From a virus (taxonomy: Duplodnaviria > Caudoviricetes): a stretch of DNA of 64,000 nucleotides. The translations under genes and the position numbers were made by a program. The stretch is taken from IMG/VR virus record IMGVR_UViG_3300010429_001449, one strand, 5' to 3'. This document shows positions 40,755 through 51,484 of the stretch, piece after piece. The notes below the pieces were generated by a model. It searched no databases, was not told the DNA's origin, and was given only the letters and a program-made list of their open reading frames with translations. Position 1 is the stretch's first letter; every line of letters starts with the position of its first letter.

Positions 40755-42419
40755 TCATACTCCCAAGTAGTGCGCCTTGAGGTTGATCAAACAGCCAGTT
40801 CCGACGAGAGACGTGTAGATAGTTACGTTCTCGATGTACCAAGACAGGTAGAAGGTCTTGTCTGAGTTTAGCTCCATGCAGAACGGAACGCTGTCGCTGC
40901 CGTAAAAAGTCGGATGTAGCGTATCCGGCTGACCTAATCTTCCTATAGTCAGTAATCTACGCGACGAGCTTGTTGGAGGCGGGGGAACGGCGTGACCCCC
41001 CAAATCTGCGGTATCCGTGGCAAGCTGAACCAAAGACGCAAAAAAGAAATAGCTAGAAGGGCCTTGAATCCCGGTCCTCTGCGAAACAGTAAGCATCAAA
41101 GAGGCTGCGCTGCCGATATCCGAAGGCATGACGCAAGAACAATCGACATACGCGCCGCTAATGGTGGAAACCTTAACTTCGTCGTAAATCAACGCCCCGC
41201 CAGATAAGTAGCGGCAGATTGTCGCTATCCTATCGTAGAAACGAATCTCGCCGTCAGTCTGCGTCATAGCTACCACACTTACCTGCGTGATTCTGACGGC
41301 GCTGATGCAGCGGTGTACCGTAAACCCGCTGACAGACGGAAACGCGGGGTTGTTAGACGGCAGCGTGTCGCTCGCCCACAAACCGTAATCGCCGGATGTA
41401 GGATTGTGAACGAGATAGATGTAAAGCCAGAAATCGTCAGGAGAGTACGTTGCTCTAAGTCCGGCCAGCGATTTGCCTGCCTCCACTCCGCCGGAGGTAG
41501 GAACAAGTGGGTTGAAGTTTGTACTAAGATCAAGCTGCAACTCTTGGTTGCCAGTATTCATAACCACATCAAAGCTATCAGACGGGACAACGCAAAACTT
41601 TCCAAGAGTCAGCCGTTGTTTATTCCAGTCTGCTCCTGAGATAACCGTGCTTAAATTGACATTAGGTGTTACGAGAAGAGGAACGATTGACATGTCGGGG
41701 AAAGAAATATTTACTTCCCCTCCCCCAACAGCGGTTACATACCCTTCTGGGAAGTTTATTTTGGTCGTAGGAACGACCACAACATTGACGCTGTCCGTGA
41801 CAGTCAGTTCAGAAGGGGTGTAAGAGATTATGGCGGTGTTACCGCTACCCGCTGTGACAACTAGCGGGGCGGAAAACACAAGAACTTGCGTCGGATTAAC
41901 GACCACGGTAGGAGATGTTACAGCATCCTGCGTTGCAACAGTTATGATATCCGGGGGCGCGGGGATATCGATTATTGCTTCGTTCGCAGCGCCCAGCGTC
42001 ACGGTAGCATAACCCCCTGCCACCGTAATCTTGTTCGTCCTTAAGATGATAGGCGAAGGTGGAGTTCCGTCCTGCTGAACAGTCAAGTAATCAGGGACTT
42101 CAAACTCCGGGACTTGCGTTTCCTTCAAGCGATGCTCGCGGTCGAAGCGAACGGCGTAGTCGTCTATCTCGTAATCGACAGTCACGTCGGCGGTTGACGT
42201 TGCGTTGAAAGTAAAATCATAGTCGCCGGTGGTGTAGTCTATCGTATTCGTTCCGCCAGGATTGACGTTTCCTTGAAGAACGCCGCTGCCGTTATCGGTT
42301 ACGACACGAACACCGTCCGTGAACCGAACAGAATTGGCGATGACGGGCTTAAAGCGCAGCGTGCCGCTATAACTGGTTGATCCGGAACTTCCTACCGGTT
42401 CATTAATCACATCTGACAT
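40755..42419 (-). CDS. Tail fibre protein
   Basis: N-terminal DNGxG..TIDYxTG repeat, repetitive beta shaft, WLYIYL segment. Confidence 0.65.
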   Translation of the reverse strand: MSDVINEPVGSSGSTSYSGTLRFKPVIANSVRFTDGVRVVTDNGSGVLQGNVNPGGTNTIDYTTGDYDFTFNATSTADVTVDYEIDDYAVRFDREHRLKETQVPEFEVPDYLTVQQDGTPPSPIILRTNKITVAGGYATVTLGAANEAIIDIPAPPDIITVATQDAVTSPTVVVNPTQVLVFSAPLVVTAGSGNTAIISYTPSELTVTDSVNVVVVPTTKINFPEGYVTAVGGGEVNISFPDMSIVPLLVTPNVNLSTVISGADWNKQRLTLGKFCVVPSDSFDVVMNTGNQELQLDLSTNFNPLVPTSGGVEAGKSLAGLRATYSPDDFWLYIYLVHNPTSGDYGLWASDTLPSNNPAFPSVSGFTVHRCISAVRITQVSVVAMTQTDGEIRFYDRIATICRYLSGGALIYDEVKVSTISGAYVDCSCVMPSDIGSAASLMLTVSQRTGIQGPSSYFFFASLVQLATDTADLGGHAVPPPPTSSSRRLLTIGRLGQPDTLHPTFYGSDSVPFCMELNSDKTFYLSWYIENVTIYTSLVGTGCLINLKAHYLGV

Positions 42420-42431
42420 AGCGTCGTTCTC

Positions 42432-45400
42432 CTACACCTTCAGCGTGTAAACATCGGGTACCCCATCCGCCGTCTTGACGTAAATGGCGGCGGGATTAAC
42501 GGACGTGTCGATCCAGACCCATCCGATGGGGTAGCCATCCGGCGGTTGCGTTGCACCGCGACTTCCTATCAACATCGCCATCGTAGCCAGCGGATTCTGG
42601 AATCTCGGAAGGTAAGAGCCGTCCCAATCAATCGGAGCGGCCAAGTTTCCAGCCCAGAAGAAGGCGTTGGATTGGTTCGTCGAAACGTCGGAGAGCCGCG
42701 CAAGTTCGTTGACGCCGCCGCTCCTGCCTCCGTTCGGAACGAACAGAAGGAATTGATCCCACAATTCGGGCGTGAAGTTCAACTGAATCGTGTGGCGGTC
42801 GAGAATGGCATAATCGCGGTAGTCAGACGCGGCTATGGCCTCGTCGTCGCCGACCGTCGGCGGTATCGTGTCTCGGCCCCACATCAACATCTTCCCGTTG
42901 CGGAAGACCAGCAGGCTTCCATCCGAATCGAAGTAGGCTCCGGTAGGTCCGGTATCAGGCAGTTGAATGACCTTTTGCGCGTCAACGTCCTTCAAGAACC
43001 ATTCGGGGGCTATGTCGAGCTTGTAGTAAACGGCGGGCGTGCGCGAAACGCCTAAGTCGTCTCTGACACCGACACGTATGAACGACTGAACTTCTCCCGG
43101 CGACCGTGGCGTCGTGAAGATGATCTGCCCCGGCAACTCGGTGTAGTCCTCAATCGGCCTTTGGAGAATGCCGCCCGAGTAAACCAGAACCGAGCGGTAG
43201 TCCGGAGTGAACGAAAACTGCGTGATTGTGAACGCAACGCAGTGTTCTGTGCCGCCTCCGAAGCCGTAATCGTAATCTTGCGCCGTGTCTGTCGGATCGG
43301 CATCGATATCCTGCCGCGCCGGGATGACCGTCTCGCTTGCTACCGAGTAGACGACGAACAGGACGCGCTCGCCTACGTGCAGGGGGGCTAGGAACTCAAC
43401 GGAGTTCACGGTCAGTTCGATATAATCGACGCCTTCGAGTTGAAGCTGACCATTCCTGTAAACGAACAGGGAGTGGTTGCCCATCACGTAGGCGTATTGA
43501 TCGCCCTGAACGATGATTTGGAGCAACAGCGCATCTCCGTCCACGGGGATGCTTGCCGGGCAGAACGTGATGCTGCTGATAGTTGTTTCTTCGTAGTCGG
43601 TTCCGGGCGTGGCGCACCCGCCCACAGGACCGCCCGTTTGAAGCACGCCGTTGACGTAAACGCGAAGGTGCGCAAGGTCTTGGATGTACTCATACGAAGC
43701 CGGTGGAGGAGTAGGGTTGGCGCAGGTTGGAACGACGCCGCCAATATGAATGAGCGAGTTGTATGTTATGTAGCAGTCAACCAAGTCCGACGAGTTTCCG
43801 AGGGGAACGATTGTTTGGCCTTCGGTATTGATCGTTTGAAGGTCATAAATGACCGGCTCGCCGGGGAAGTCTCCACCGTCGCCGCCCGTTCCGCCGCCCT
43901 TGTTAAGGAACTCGCGCACATCCGTTATGTCGGCTTCTTCCACGATAACAGGATCAATACCGCCTTGTTCCGTTACCTTGACTATGGCGATAGCCAACAT
44001 ACTTACCGGAATGTCGGGGGCATTGAGGCGGGGCGTCCCCGTCCCGAAGGCCACGGGTGTGCCTGGAATCACGGCGATTGTCTCGGTATCCGTGGCCGCC
44101 ACAAGGTCGTAGCGTTCCAACCCAAGACCTACGGGGCTGAACGAACTGCTTCCGGAAGGAACTATCGTGTCGGACACGATATCGAGAACGCGCTTGCCGT
44201 TGCTGGAAACGTAGCGTCCCGACTTGACGGTGATTTTGTTGTTGGGATCGGGGAACGACGGGATGGGCTTGAGCATCAACAGGTGATGACGTTCAACAAC
44301 GTCTTTCAACGTTCCGTCGTCGTTCAGGGACACGCTCAACCGGGCGTCCAGAGACTCCGAGAAGTCGTAGTCGGCTACGATGTTCTGCCCCGGTACGGTA
44401 GGCAGCGTAAACGTAAAGGAGTAGTAGCCCGTGTTGTAATCAATCGTTCCAAGCCCGATACCGCCGGTCAAGCCGCCGGTGCCGTTGTCGGTAATGACCT
44501 GAGACCCGTCTTCCGGTTGTATGACGACGCTGAAGGGAACGATCACCAGATTCTTTAAGTAGCCGGAATAGCTCGATCCCCCTGCGGGGGCCATGTACTC
44601 TCGAACCACCTCGGCGACCGCGCCGTTCGTCATATAAGAAAAATCTGCGGTCACAGCGCCCGTAGCCACGGTAAACGTAACGTCGTAGGCTCCGGTGTCA
44701 TAATTGATCGTGCCGTAACCGTCTCCGAGCATCAGGCCACCACCATTATCAGCAAGCTGCTGCGGCGTCGTAGGGTCGTCGAAGATGACAGAACCCGGCA
44801 CAATGTTCGTCTTACTCAGCGTTCCGGTATAGTTCGTTGCCCCAATGCCTATCGGCTCGCCGGTTACGGCGGCGAGGCCGCCGCCTCTTGCGGCAATGAT
44901 TTCCTCCCACAAAGCAACCAGACCGCGCTGGAAGTTGAAGGGGTTGCCGTCGTGGTACAGGGGGCGAAGGTCCAGAATCTGGCTCTCGTAGATGATTGTT
45001 GCCTGGCGAGCAATCTCGGCCAGCTTGAAGATGTAGTGGTAGTTCCCGTCCGAGTCGGTGTAGTCAGCCGGTTCGAGATAGGTATCGATGTCTTGAACGA
45101 CGTTGATTACCTGTCTAAGCTGGCTGCGTAGCTGCCCGATAGTAGCCACCGACAGACGATGAATAAGGTTAGGGTCTTCGTAGCGGTCGATTTCGTCGAA
45201 AAAGACGTTAAGATAAACGCCGTCCCGCCGCGTTCCGGGGCCGGAGTAGTCGAGATTGATCCGGTAGTAGGTTCCGGCGATCATTCCCAGCGACGTTCCG
45301 TTGACTGTTATTGTCGTTGCGGTGTTGGCTGTTATCGTATAAGGCCCGGACGGGTTGGCCACGTCGGGAACGATGGTTCTGTTCACCAGCGACCCCGCCT

Positions 45401-45839
45401 CGTAGTTGGCAGACGAGTCCGTGATGGTTGTATCTCCGCCGCCCTCGCTGACCGCCGTGATCTGCGGGAAGATAGAAAGCTGGTCTTGCGTTGCTCCAAG
45501 ATTGTTGTAGTTCACGTCTTGGAACAAGACGCAGCCTATTCCTTTGAGGAAGAATCGCCCCGCGACATCGCCCTCCGACTCCGCGCCGGGTGTGCCTGTT
45601 CCGCCTTTGATAGTGAAGTCGTTGGCGGTTGGGATAGCCTCGATCTTGAAGCCGTTATTAGGAGACCCGTCGCCGAGAATCTGGGCAGCGCGGCGAAGTT
45701 GATAGAGGAAGGCTGAGTACGACTCGTTTATGTCGGCGTCCACCATCGCAATGCCTTGCTGGGCAAGCGGGTGGATATAGCGGTTCCTCTCGTTGAACAT
45801 GAACCGCGAGTATTTTCCGGTGTAAGCTCCCATCTTCAA
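42432..45839 (-). CDS. Large tail fibre/baseplate protein with DUF6519-like N-terminus
   Basis: G.YSR..F.....QQG....DADINE; repeated L.VY.NG.LQ..G.DY.E modules. Confidence 0.7.
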   Translation of the reverse strand: MKMGAYTGKYSRFMFNERNRYIHPLAQQGIAMVDADINESYSAFLYQLRRAAQILGDGSPNNGFKIEAIPTANDFTIKGGTGTPGAESEGDVAGRFFLKGIGCVLFQDVNYNNLGATQDQLSIFPQITAVSEGGGDTTITDSSANYEAGSLVNRTIVPDVANPSGPYTITANTATTITVNGTSLGMIAGTYYRINLDYSGPGTRRDGVYLNVFFDEIDRYEDPNLIHRLSVATIGQLRSQLRQVINVVQDIDTYLEPADYTDSDGNYHYIFKLAEIARQATIIYESQILDLRPLYHDGNPFNFQRGLVALWEEIIAARGGGLAAVTGEPIGIGATNYTGTLSKTNIVPGSVIFDDPTTPQQLADNGGGLMLGDGYGTINYDTGAYDVTFTVATGAVTADFSYMTNGAVAEVVREYMAPAGGSSYSGYLKNLVIVPFSVVIQPEDGSQVITDNGTGGLTGGIGLGTIDYNTGYYSFTFTLPTVPGQNIVADYDFSESLDARLSVSLNDDGTLKDVVERHHLLMLKPIPSFPDPNNKITVKSGRYVSSNGKRVLDIVSDTIVPSGSSSFSPVGLGLERYDLVAATDTETIAVIPGTPVAFGTGTPRLNAPDIPVSMLAIAIVKVTEQGGIDPVIVEEADITDVREFLNKGGGTGGDGGDFPGEPVIYDLQTINTEGQTIVPLGNSSDLVDCYITYNSLIHIGGVVPTCANPTPPPASYEYIQDLAHLRVYVNGVLQTGGPVGGCATPGTDYEETTISSITFCPASIPVDGDALLLQIIVQGDQYAYVMGNHSLFVYRNGQLQLEGVDYIELTVNSVEFLAPLHVGERVLFVVYSVASETVIPARQDIDADPTDTAQDYDYGFGGGTEHCVAFTITQFSFTPDYRSVLVYSGGILQRPIEDYTELPGQIIFTTPRSPGEVQSFIRVGVRDDLGVSRTPAVYYKLDIAPEWFLKDVDAQKVIQLPDTGPTGAYFDSDGSLLVFRNGKMLMWGRDTIPPTVGDDEAIAASDYRDYAILDRHTIQLNFTPELWDQFLLFVPNGGRSGGVNELARLSDVSTNQSNAFFWAGNLAAPIDWDGSYLPRFQNPLATMAMLIGSRGATQPPDGYPIGWVWIDTSVNPAAIYVKTADGVPDVYTLKV

Positions 45840-45893
45840 GGCTCCTTCGCCAAGTGTAACACGCCCCTCATCGAGTTACAAGGGGCGGTTCTG

Positions 45894-46982
45894 TTAAAGC
45901 TCTCCTGGAGGTCTGTCGCACTCCAGACATGTTTGTGCGAGCCAATTCCACTGTATGACTACCGGCGCGGTGTCATGGAAATCCGCCCACGACGCCAGCA
46001 GCGTCTTGTACAGCCAATCGGTATAGCCCGGAAACTGCACGTAACCAGTATCTACTAGCGCTGGTCCTAGCGGGGGATTGGCAGGGTTGTCTGTCAACAA
46101 ATTGCTCGGGTAGACTACGACGCGCATAGTACACGGCTTGGTTAGATCGGGGCTGGCGTTATAGACGTGCGTCTCCAAACGATAGACACCATCCGCAGGA
46201 TCAAGAGGATTGCCTGTGTAAGACAGCACGCCTAGCGGTTGTGCGCAGCTAATCAGCCCGGGGCCGCTATCGTCCCACACGCTAACGTACACTTGCGCCG
46301 TGTTGGGGAGCATTAATGTCTGATCGGTAGCCACCTTTACGCCAAGCCAAAGCTGCCCACACTTCGAGTCCCATGCCACCGAGTAAGCTTGGCTATCGAG
46401 GTAAACCGGGTCCGTCGCCGGGATGCCCGGAGGGCACGTCAAGCCTTGATCAGGTATCCACGAAAGGTTGTGGGACTTGAAGCTTAAACCTGCGCCGTGT
46501 ATTCCCGGATCGAGCAGTCTAAATTGATGTTTTATGATGTAGTTGAAACCGTGGCGCGGGAAGAGGGCGGGATCGGTGTGCGGCAATAATGACGGATTCT
46601 GGAAGAGGTAAGCGCTGAGCCGCTCTCCACCGGGGGCGGCCCCCACAGTAACTTTCATGCCCTCGTTAGGAACATAGATGAGCGGAGCGGCGGGGGGCAG
46701 CGCGAGCAGTCCCCACTCGTCCGCGAAGTAAGGAGGCTCAATTCCGTCGTAGTTGCCAAACTGAATAAACCACTCATCGCAAGTATTGAACCCGACTTCC
46801 TCACCCCAGTAACAACGCGGGACGCAGCCTACCTCGATGCTGAAAGTGTCATGACAACCGCGAAACGTCTCCAAACATCTTAACACCAGGAGGGTCTGGG
46901 GCTTGACGCACGCCGGAGCGTAGCGGCGGTAGCTGGCGCACAGCCTCGCTAACTGCTCCTGTGTCAATCCCTTGTAAGCCAT
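45894..46982 (-). CDS. Virion protein, paralog of 46996..48165
   Basis: Shared N-terminus (YxGLTxExLARLCxSYRRYxPACVxP) and C-terminal DTG...FxGYTDW. Confidence 0.75.
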   Translation of the reverse strand: MAYKGLTQEQLARLCASYRRYAPACVKPQTLLVLRCLETFRGCHDTFSIEVGCVPRCYWGEEVGFNTCDEWFIQFGNYDGIEPPYFADEWGLLALPPAAPLIYVPNEGMKVTVGAAPGGERLSAYLFQNPSLLPHTDPALFPRHGFNYIIKHQFRLLDPGIHGAGLSFKSHNLSWIPDQGLTCPPGIPATDPVYLDSQAYSVAWDSKCGQLWLGVKVATDQTLMLPNTAQVYVSVWDDSGPGLISCAQPLGVLSYTGNPLDPADGVYRLETHVYNASPDLTKPCTMRVVVYPSNLLTDNPANPPLGPALVDTGYVQFPGYTDWLYKTLLASWADFHDTAPVVIQWNWLAQTCLECDRPPGEL

Positions 46983-46995
46983 TGCAACAATGCTC

Positions 46996-48165
46996 CTAGA
47001 TGATATCTTGTTTTATGTAGTAACAGCCAAAGTAATTAGGCCCGCCGCCCCACGCATTTGAACTGATGTAGATGTTGTCGACCCAGTCCGTGTAACCGAG
47101 GAACGACAAGACGCCTGTGTCTATCTGAGCCGAGTCCGACTCTCTTGTTGCTACGACCCTAAGACGTGCTGGGGTTAGAAGATCGACAGACGCCTGCCAG
47201 CAATAGACTTCCAAAACATAGAAGTCATTTTGCAGAAAGATGCCGTCGTGCCAATCAAAAGAGTTGGGGTAAAGCTGAGCATGAAGATAGTTCTGGGGTT
47301 GATGCTCCAGTCTGTACCACGTATTGACTGCGCCGTCTCCGCCGGATACACCGTCAACAACCAGAGCCATCTTGCGCTGCCAATAACCCGGCGTCCAAGA
47401 GAGATTTTCCCGGTCGTCGCCGTAAATCGTTATGTCTACTCCGATATTCCAGCACATAGAGTAAGGATTAGGAAACAACGACGGGTCTCTAGCCGCGCCT
47501 ACAGGCGGATAACTCAATTGTCTGCCTGATTCCCAAGCAAGAGGAACCGTAGGAGGAGGTTGGACTGCGCCAGCGGTATCGATCAAATTTCCTATGCTGA
47601 TTTTGTTGTCTTGATAGCGGTTACTTCCTGACGGATTGTTTCTCGGTCCTATCCAAAAACGAAAAGTCCACTTCCAAGAATAACCGTGACGGATAGGACC
47701 TCTGTTCGGAGGCGGATTTCCTACTGCCGGGAAGGGAGTAAGAAACCGGGGGGACTGAAGCAGCCAGCTAAACCAGTATGAGTTGGAGCCCGGGCGAAGT
47801 TCAAGATACTGATTACCTCCGCCGTCATTAACTAAGAAGCCCAGATTGGGATTAGACCACCGCCACCAATCATAATGCACCTCGCCGGGCACGTTGGCGG
47901 GAGGGCCGTCGTTTATAGGTCCGATTGAGGTGTAATCACTGAAATCTTTTAGCCACGGCGTCGGCGGAACAGCTACAAAACAACGCGGTATAAAGGGTTC
48001 GGGAGGCGCTAAGAAAACATCCATTCTAGCCGTGTCCAAAGGACGCGCCGTTTCTACGCACCTCTGAAAAGGCAACGTCATCGGACGAACACACGCTGGA
48101 GTGTAACGGCGGTAGCTCTTGCACAGCCGAGCCAGACTCTCTCGCGTTAATCCTCTGTAGCTCAC
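46996..48165 (-). CDS. Virion protein, paralog of 45894..46982
   Basis: Same shared terminal motifs. Confidence 0.75.
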   Translation of the reverse strand: MSYRGLTRESLARLCKSYRRYTPACVRPMTLPFQRCVETARPLDTARMDVFLAPPEPFIPRCFVAVPPTPWLKDFSDYTSIGPINDGPPANVPGEVHYDWWRWSNPNLGFLVNDGGGNQYLELRPGSNSYWFSWLLQSPRFLTPFPAVGNPPPNRGPIRHGYSWKWTFRFWIGPRNNPSGSNRYQDNKISIGNLIDTAGAVQPPPTVPLAWESGRQLSYPPVGAARDPSLFPNPYSMCWNIGVDITIYGDDRENLSWTPGYWQRKMALVVDGVSGGDGAVNTWYRLEHQPQNYLHAQLYPNSFDWHDGIFLQNDFYVLEVYCWQASVDLLTPARLRVVATRESDSAQIDTGVLSFLGYTDWVDNIYISSNAWGGGPNYFGCYYIKQDII

Positions 48166-48476
48166 GGGGTGTCTTTAGGGCACGGCCCTACTCCGGGGGC
48201 AAACTCGCAAACAAAGCACTCCTTGGACACGTCGATATTGTATTTGGAGCAATGAAAAGTAGGGACAGTCTTGATTTGTCCTCCGCAGCACTCTACGGTC
48301 GTTTCTCCGACAGCGCTTACTGACCGAAATGAACAGAGAGCCTTAATCCTCCCCTCGCGGCCCCGCCGCACCCATTCAAGATACAACTTTTGCTTGAACA
48401 GAGGGTCAGACTGGCACTGATCACAGGTTTCCTTATTAACGAACCGTTGGTATTTAAGACAGACAAGGAGACTCAT
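48162..48476 (-). CDS. Small Cys-rich protein
   Basis: 10 Cys in 104 aa; coupled to both neighbours. Confidence 0.7.
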   Translation of the reverse strand: MSLLVCLKYQRFVNKETCDQCQSDPLFKQKLYLEWVRRGREGRIKALCSFRSVSAVGETTVECCGGQIKTVPTFHCSKYNIDVSKECFVCEFAPGVGPCPKDTP

Positions 48477-49351
48477 GTCCTGAACTCCAAGTCAACGTAG
48501 TAGTGAATCGTCGTCTGGTCGTCTTTCCAAATGCGGTCGTGGCGAATGACGTTGTACATCATTCCGGTGTTAGGATCAGGAGCATCTACGCCGCCAAACA
48601 GCGCGTGCTCCCGGAGGTACATATCGTTGACTTCTGACTGCGTCATTTCGAGGACTGTGTGTATCTCTACGTAATTGGTAGGACCAGAGTCGTATGCCGG
48701 AAGGCCGTGATCTCCGAGCACGAATACGTCCGTCTCATCCAGTTGCGCGGAAAGGCTGCCGTCAAAGTCAATCCTTCCTGTTGCGAAATCGTAAGCATCG
48801 ATGTCAATCTCTGCGCCTGCGTGTGTGCCGGAAACAACTGTGAACTGGTAGCCCTGGAACCAGTTGTCAGGCTCATAACGCCCGACTAAGTTGCCGCCTT
48901 CGTACCGGTAGGGGTCTAGTACGTAAGTAACGCCCTCATTAGGGTCCGACGGGTCCGCCAAGAAACGGAACGAGCCGTATCCATAACGGACGTAGTAGAT
49001 GCTCGATATAGGTGTTCCTATTGCTGTGCGAAAGACTTCGTCGGCCAACGTCGTGTCTATCACCGACGCTTGTGGAGTGCCGCCGGTGTCCCATCCGGCA
49101 TCGCCGCGTCCAAAAGCGTGATACAACAACCCGCGATAAAGCGGGACGGGGCAGGGATCGGCAGTTTCGGCTCCGATAGCCCAAGAAGCAAGAAGGAGAG
49201 CGCCGTTCCACATCAGATTGTTGCGCTTTGGAGGAAGGTGCGTCACCTCGACTCCGTTGGGCGTATTTCGGATAACCACGGCTCGAAAAACACCCTTGAT
49301 CATCTGCGGGGCTGTTATCCGTTGAGGAACAATCGGTTTTATCTTTGCCAT
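48473..49351 (-). CDS. Tail-collar / fibre attachment protein
   Basis: NL...GA.LLA..AFG.G......DT.L..EVFR and LRE.ALFGG pattern. Confidence 0.65.
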   Translation of the reverse strand: MAKIKPIVPQRITAPQMIKGVFRAVVIRNTPNGVEVTHLPPKRNNLMWNGALLLASWAIGAETADPCPVPLYRGLLYHAFGRGDAGWDTGGTPQASVIDTTLADEVFRTAIGTPISSIYYVRYGYGSFRFLADPSDPNEGVTYVLDPYRYEGGNLVGRYEPDNWFQGYQFTVVSGTHAGAEIDIDAYDFATGRIDFDGSLSAQLDETDVFVLGDHGLPAYDSGPTNYVEIHTVLEMTQSEVNDMYLREHALFGGVDAPDPNTGMMYNVIRHDRIWKDDQTTIHYYVDLEFRT

Positions 49352-49362
49352 TTTAGCCTTCT

Positions 49363-51483
49363 TTACGGTCCCACAACTACGACCGGAATGAACTGAGAGT
49401 GCCAACCGGAATAACACGTGTGGTCGGAGACTTTTCTCACACGCACGCGGACAAAGAACGGCACAAGCGGCATAGGACTGATTGTGTGTGCGAAACCCAG
49501 AGGATCGTAAGTCAACCAGGCCGTAACATTTCCGTCGCCAAGCCAATCGAACTGGTACTCGTAGTCCTCATAGCCGCACGGCTTTTCCTCGTCGCCAACC
49601 TCCGTGACGCACGGATTGCAATGAGGCAGAACAGGGAAGGCTCTGAACTCAACACCATCCTCGATATGCGGTAGTGTCAGCCAAACAGGAGCGCTGCATC
49701 CGCACGGCTCAGGCACAACACACGTCAATTGCGGCGCGGGTTCGCAAGGCAGCGGGAAGAACATGCCGAGTTTGTCGCACGTATAGAATGTCAAAGACCA
49801 ATCTATCTCGGACATGTTGATTGCTTGAATGGCTGCCGGACGGCCCCACGTAGAAAGAACACGCACTTTCCAGTAGCGGTGAGGGTCAACTTCCCGTTCA
49901 ATGCGATAAATCTGCCACGGAAGCTTGGCGGGGGATGGTTTAGCGGCGTATCCATCCATCAAATAACGTCCGTTCGCCAGAGTAAGGTTTGTGACAAGCC
50001 CGTTGATAGCGTCTATGTCAACGTAGGTGGCATAAGACCCTACCGCCGTCACTTCTACGCGGTTAACCGCAGAGCCAATGGGAAACCGCGAGGCGCACGC
50101 GGGTTCAAACACCACGAGGGCATCTATCACGTCGACCGCCTGAAACACTTCCTTGATGTTGCCGCTTACGACGCTGAACCAATCGCCTTGCGTGAAGCCA
50201 AGGTTGATCATCGAAGTTGCGCCGGGAAGCAACGGAACGCTGAGCGATCCGGCAGTAGCCTCGTTGTCGACTTGTGAGAGATTGGGAGGAGGGTCTGTAA
50301 GCGTTACAGGCCCGCGCTTTAGCCTGGTGGTTTGGGTCGCAGCGTCAAGCGTAAAATCAGCCACGAAGCGGTCGGGAGTGCCGTAGGTAAACTCTTCTAC
50401 GAAGAAGTAGTTTATGCCGTCATCGGAGTGGGCTATCTCGAATCTGTACAAGCCAAAGTCGGCTTTGACTCTTACGTAACGGACGGCCTTCGCGTCGTCC
50501 AAGGCAAAGACCCACTCCTGCGGAAGGTCTTGCGGCGACGACTGATTAGCTATCCACGACCCATTCTCCATCAGATTAGACGCGCTTGATGCTGCGGTAG
50601 GCGAGAGAGCGTCGCCGAGCGCGGCACCGGCGTATGTCTTCAGAACATCGAAGTACGTTTCGTCGTAGATGTGGCCGACGGGATCGCCGGGAAGTCCGAT
50701 GCGTGTAAGAGCGCGACCCTCAGACATAGCCACTAGACCCCACGGTTCGATCACATCGCCCGAAGACCAGTACTCCGTGTAGTCTTCGACGATTCTGGCA
50801 ATGTCGTCGCCCTCTTGCAGGGCGATTGACGGCGCGGAGCCGAGTTGAACATAGTAGTTGTCAACGCCATCGATGACATCTACTCCTATGGCTATTACGT
50901 CCAGAATCTCGCGCTCGCCTCGGTAGTTCTCCAGCAGCACGTTGATACCAGCTTCAAAACCCTGCGTATCAATGACGTAAACCTTGTCTATGCTCACGCC
51001 AAGCGACGTTACCGTAGAAAAGCCTAGATGCGTGGTCCACGGAACCATATTCGTCCAGAGGATGTTGTGGACGAATTCGTAGGCTTCCGGCGTGATGCCC
51101 GTGGCGAAGTAGCCCACAAGCTCCATTCCCGGCAGCGTACCCTTGCGCCGGTAGAGGGGTACCGCCGTCCTAATCTGCTCTCGTTGCTGATCAACTGAGA
51201 GCGTCGTATCTACTTCAATTCCTACCAATGCGCCGAGTTGCGGCAGGAAGCTCGAATCTATGGTGTCCACGTCCACCATGTTCGGCAGATACGCCGTCAG
51301 TCCACGAATCTCATCAAACATCGGCCCGACAATCTTAAGGAATCGTTCCAGCGATCCCCTAGTTATCGTGCCATTCTCGTCCAGCTTGATGATTTCCCCG
51401 TAGTACGGGGACGTAGTATCCGTGACTTGCTGCTCTTTCAGCGCACGCAAAACAGGGACAGTAAGAAGCGGGTATTGTGGCAT
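49363..51483 (-). CDS. Baseplate wedge protein (P2 gpI-like N-domain)
   Basis: D...FLPQLG.LVG....QQREQI..AV.LYRRKGT. Confidence 0.8.
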   Translation of the reverse strand: MPQYPLLTVPVLRALKEQQVTDTTSPYYGEIIKLDENGTITRGSLERFLKIVGPMFDEIRGLTAYLPNMVDVDTIDSSFLPQLGALVGIEVDTTLSVDQQREQIRTAVPLYRRKGTLPGMELVGYFATGITPEAYEFVHNILWTNMVPWTTHLGFSTVTSLGVSIDKVYVIDTQGFEAGINVLLENYRGEREILDVIAIGVDVIDGVDNYYVQLGSAPSIALQEGDDIARIVEDYTEYWSSGDVIEPWGLVAMSEGRALTRIGLPGDPVGHIYDETYFDVLKTYAGAALGDALSPTAASSASNLMENGSWIANQSSPQDLPQEWVFALDDAKAVRYVRVKADFGLYRFEIAHSDDGINYFFVEEFTYGTPDRFVADFTLDAATQTTRLKRGPVTLTDPPPNLSQVDNEATAGSLSVPLLPGATSMINLGFTQGDWFSVVSGNIKEVFQAVDVIDALVVFEPACASRFPIGSAVNRVEVTAVGSYATYVDIDAINGLVTNLTLANGRYLMDGYAAKPSPAKLPWQIYRIEREVDPHRYWKVRVLSTWGRPAAIQAINMSEIDWSLTFYTCDKLGMFFPLPCEPAPQLTCVVPEPCGCSAPVWLTLPHIEDGVEFRAFPVLPHCNPCVTEVGDEEKPCGYEDYEYQFDWLGDGNVTAWLTYDPLGFAHTISPMPLVPFFVRVRVRKVSDHTCYSGWHSQFIPVVVVGP

Positions 51484-51484
51484 G

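Noticed and set aside
37039-48165. Diversity-generating retroelement or fibre shufflon
   Set aside because: No reverse transcriptase or invertase, and I noticed no near-identical TR/VR nucleotide repeat pair.
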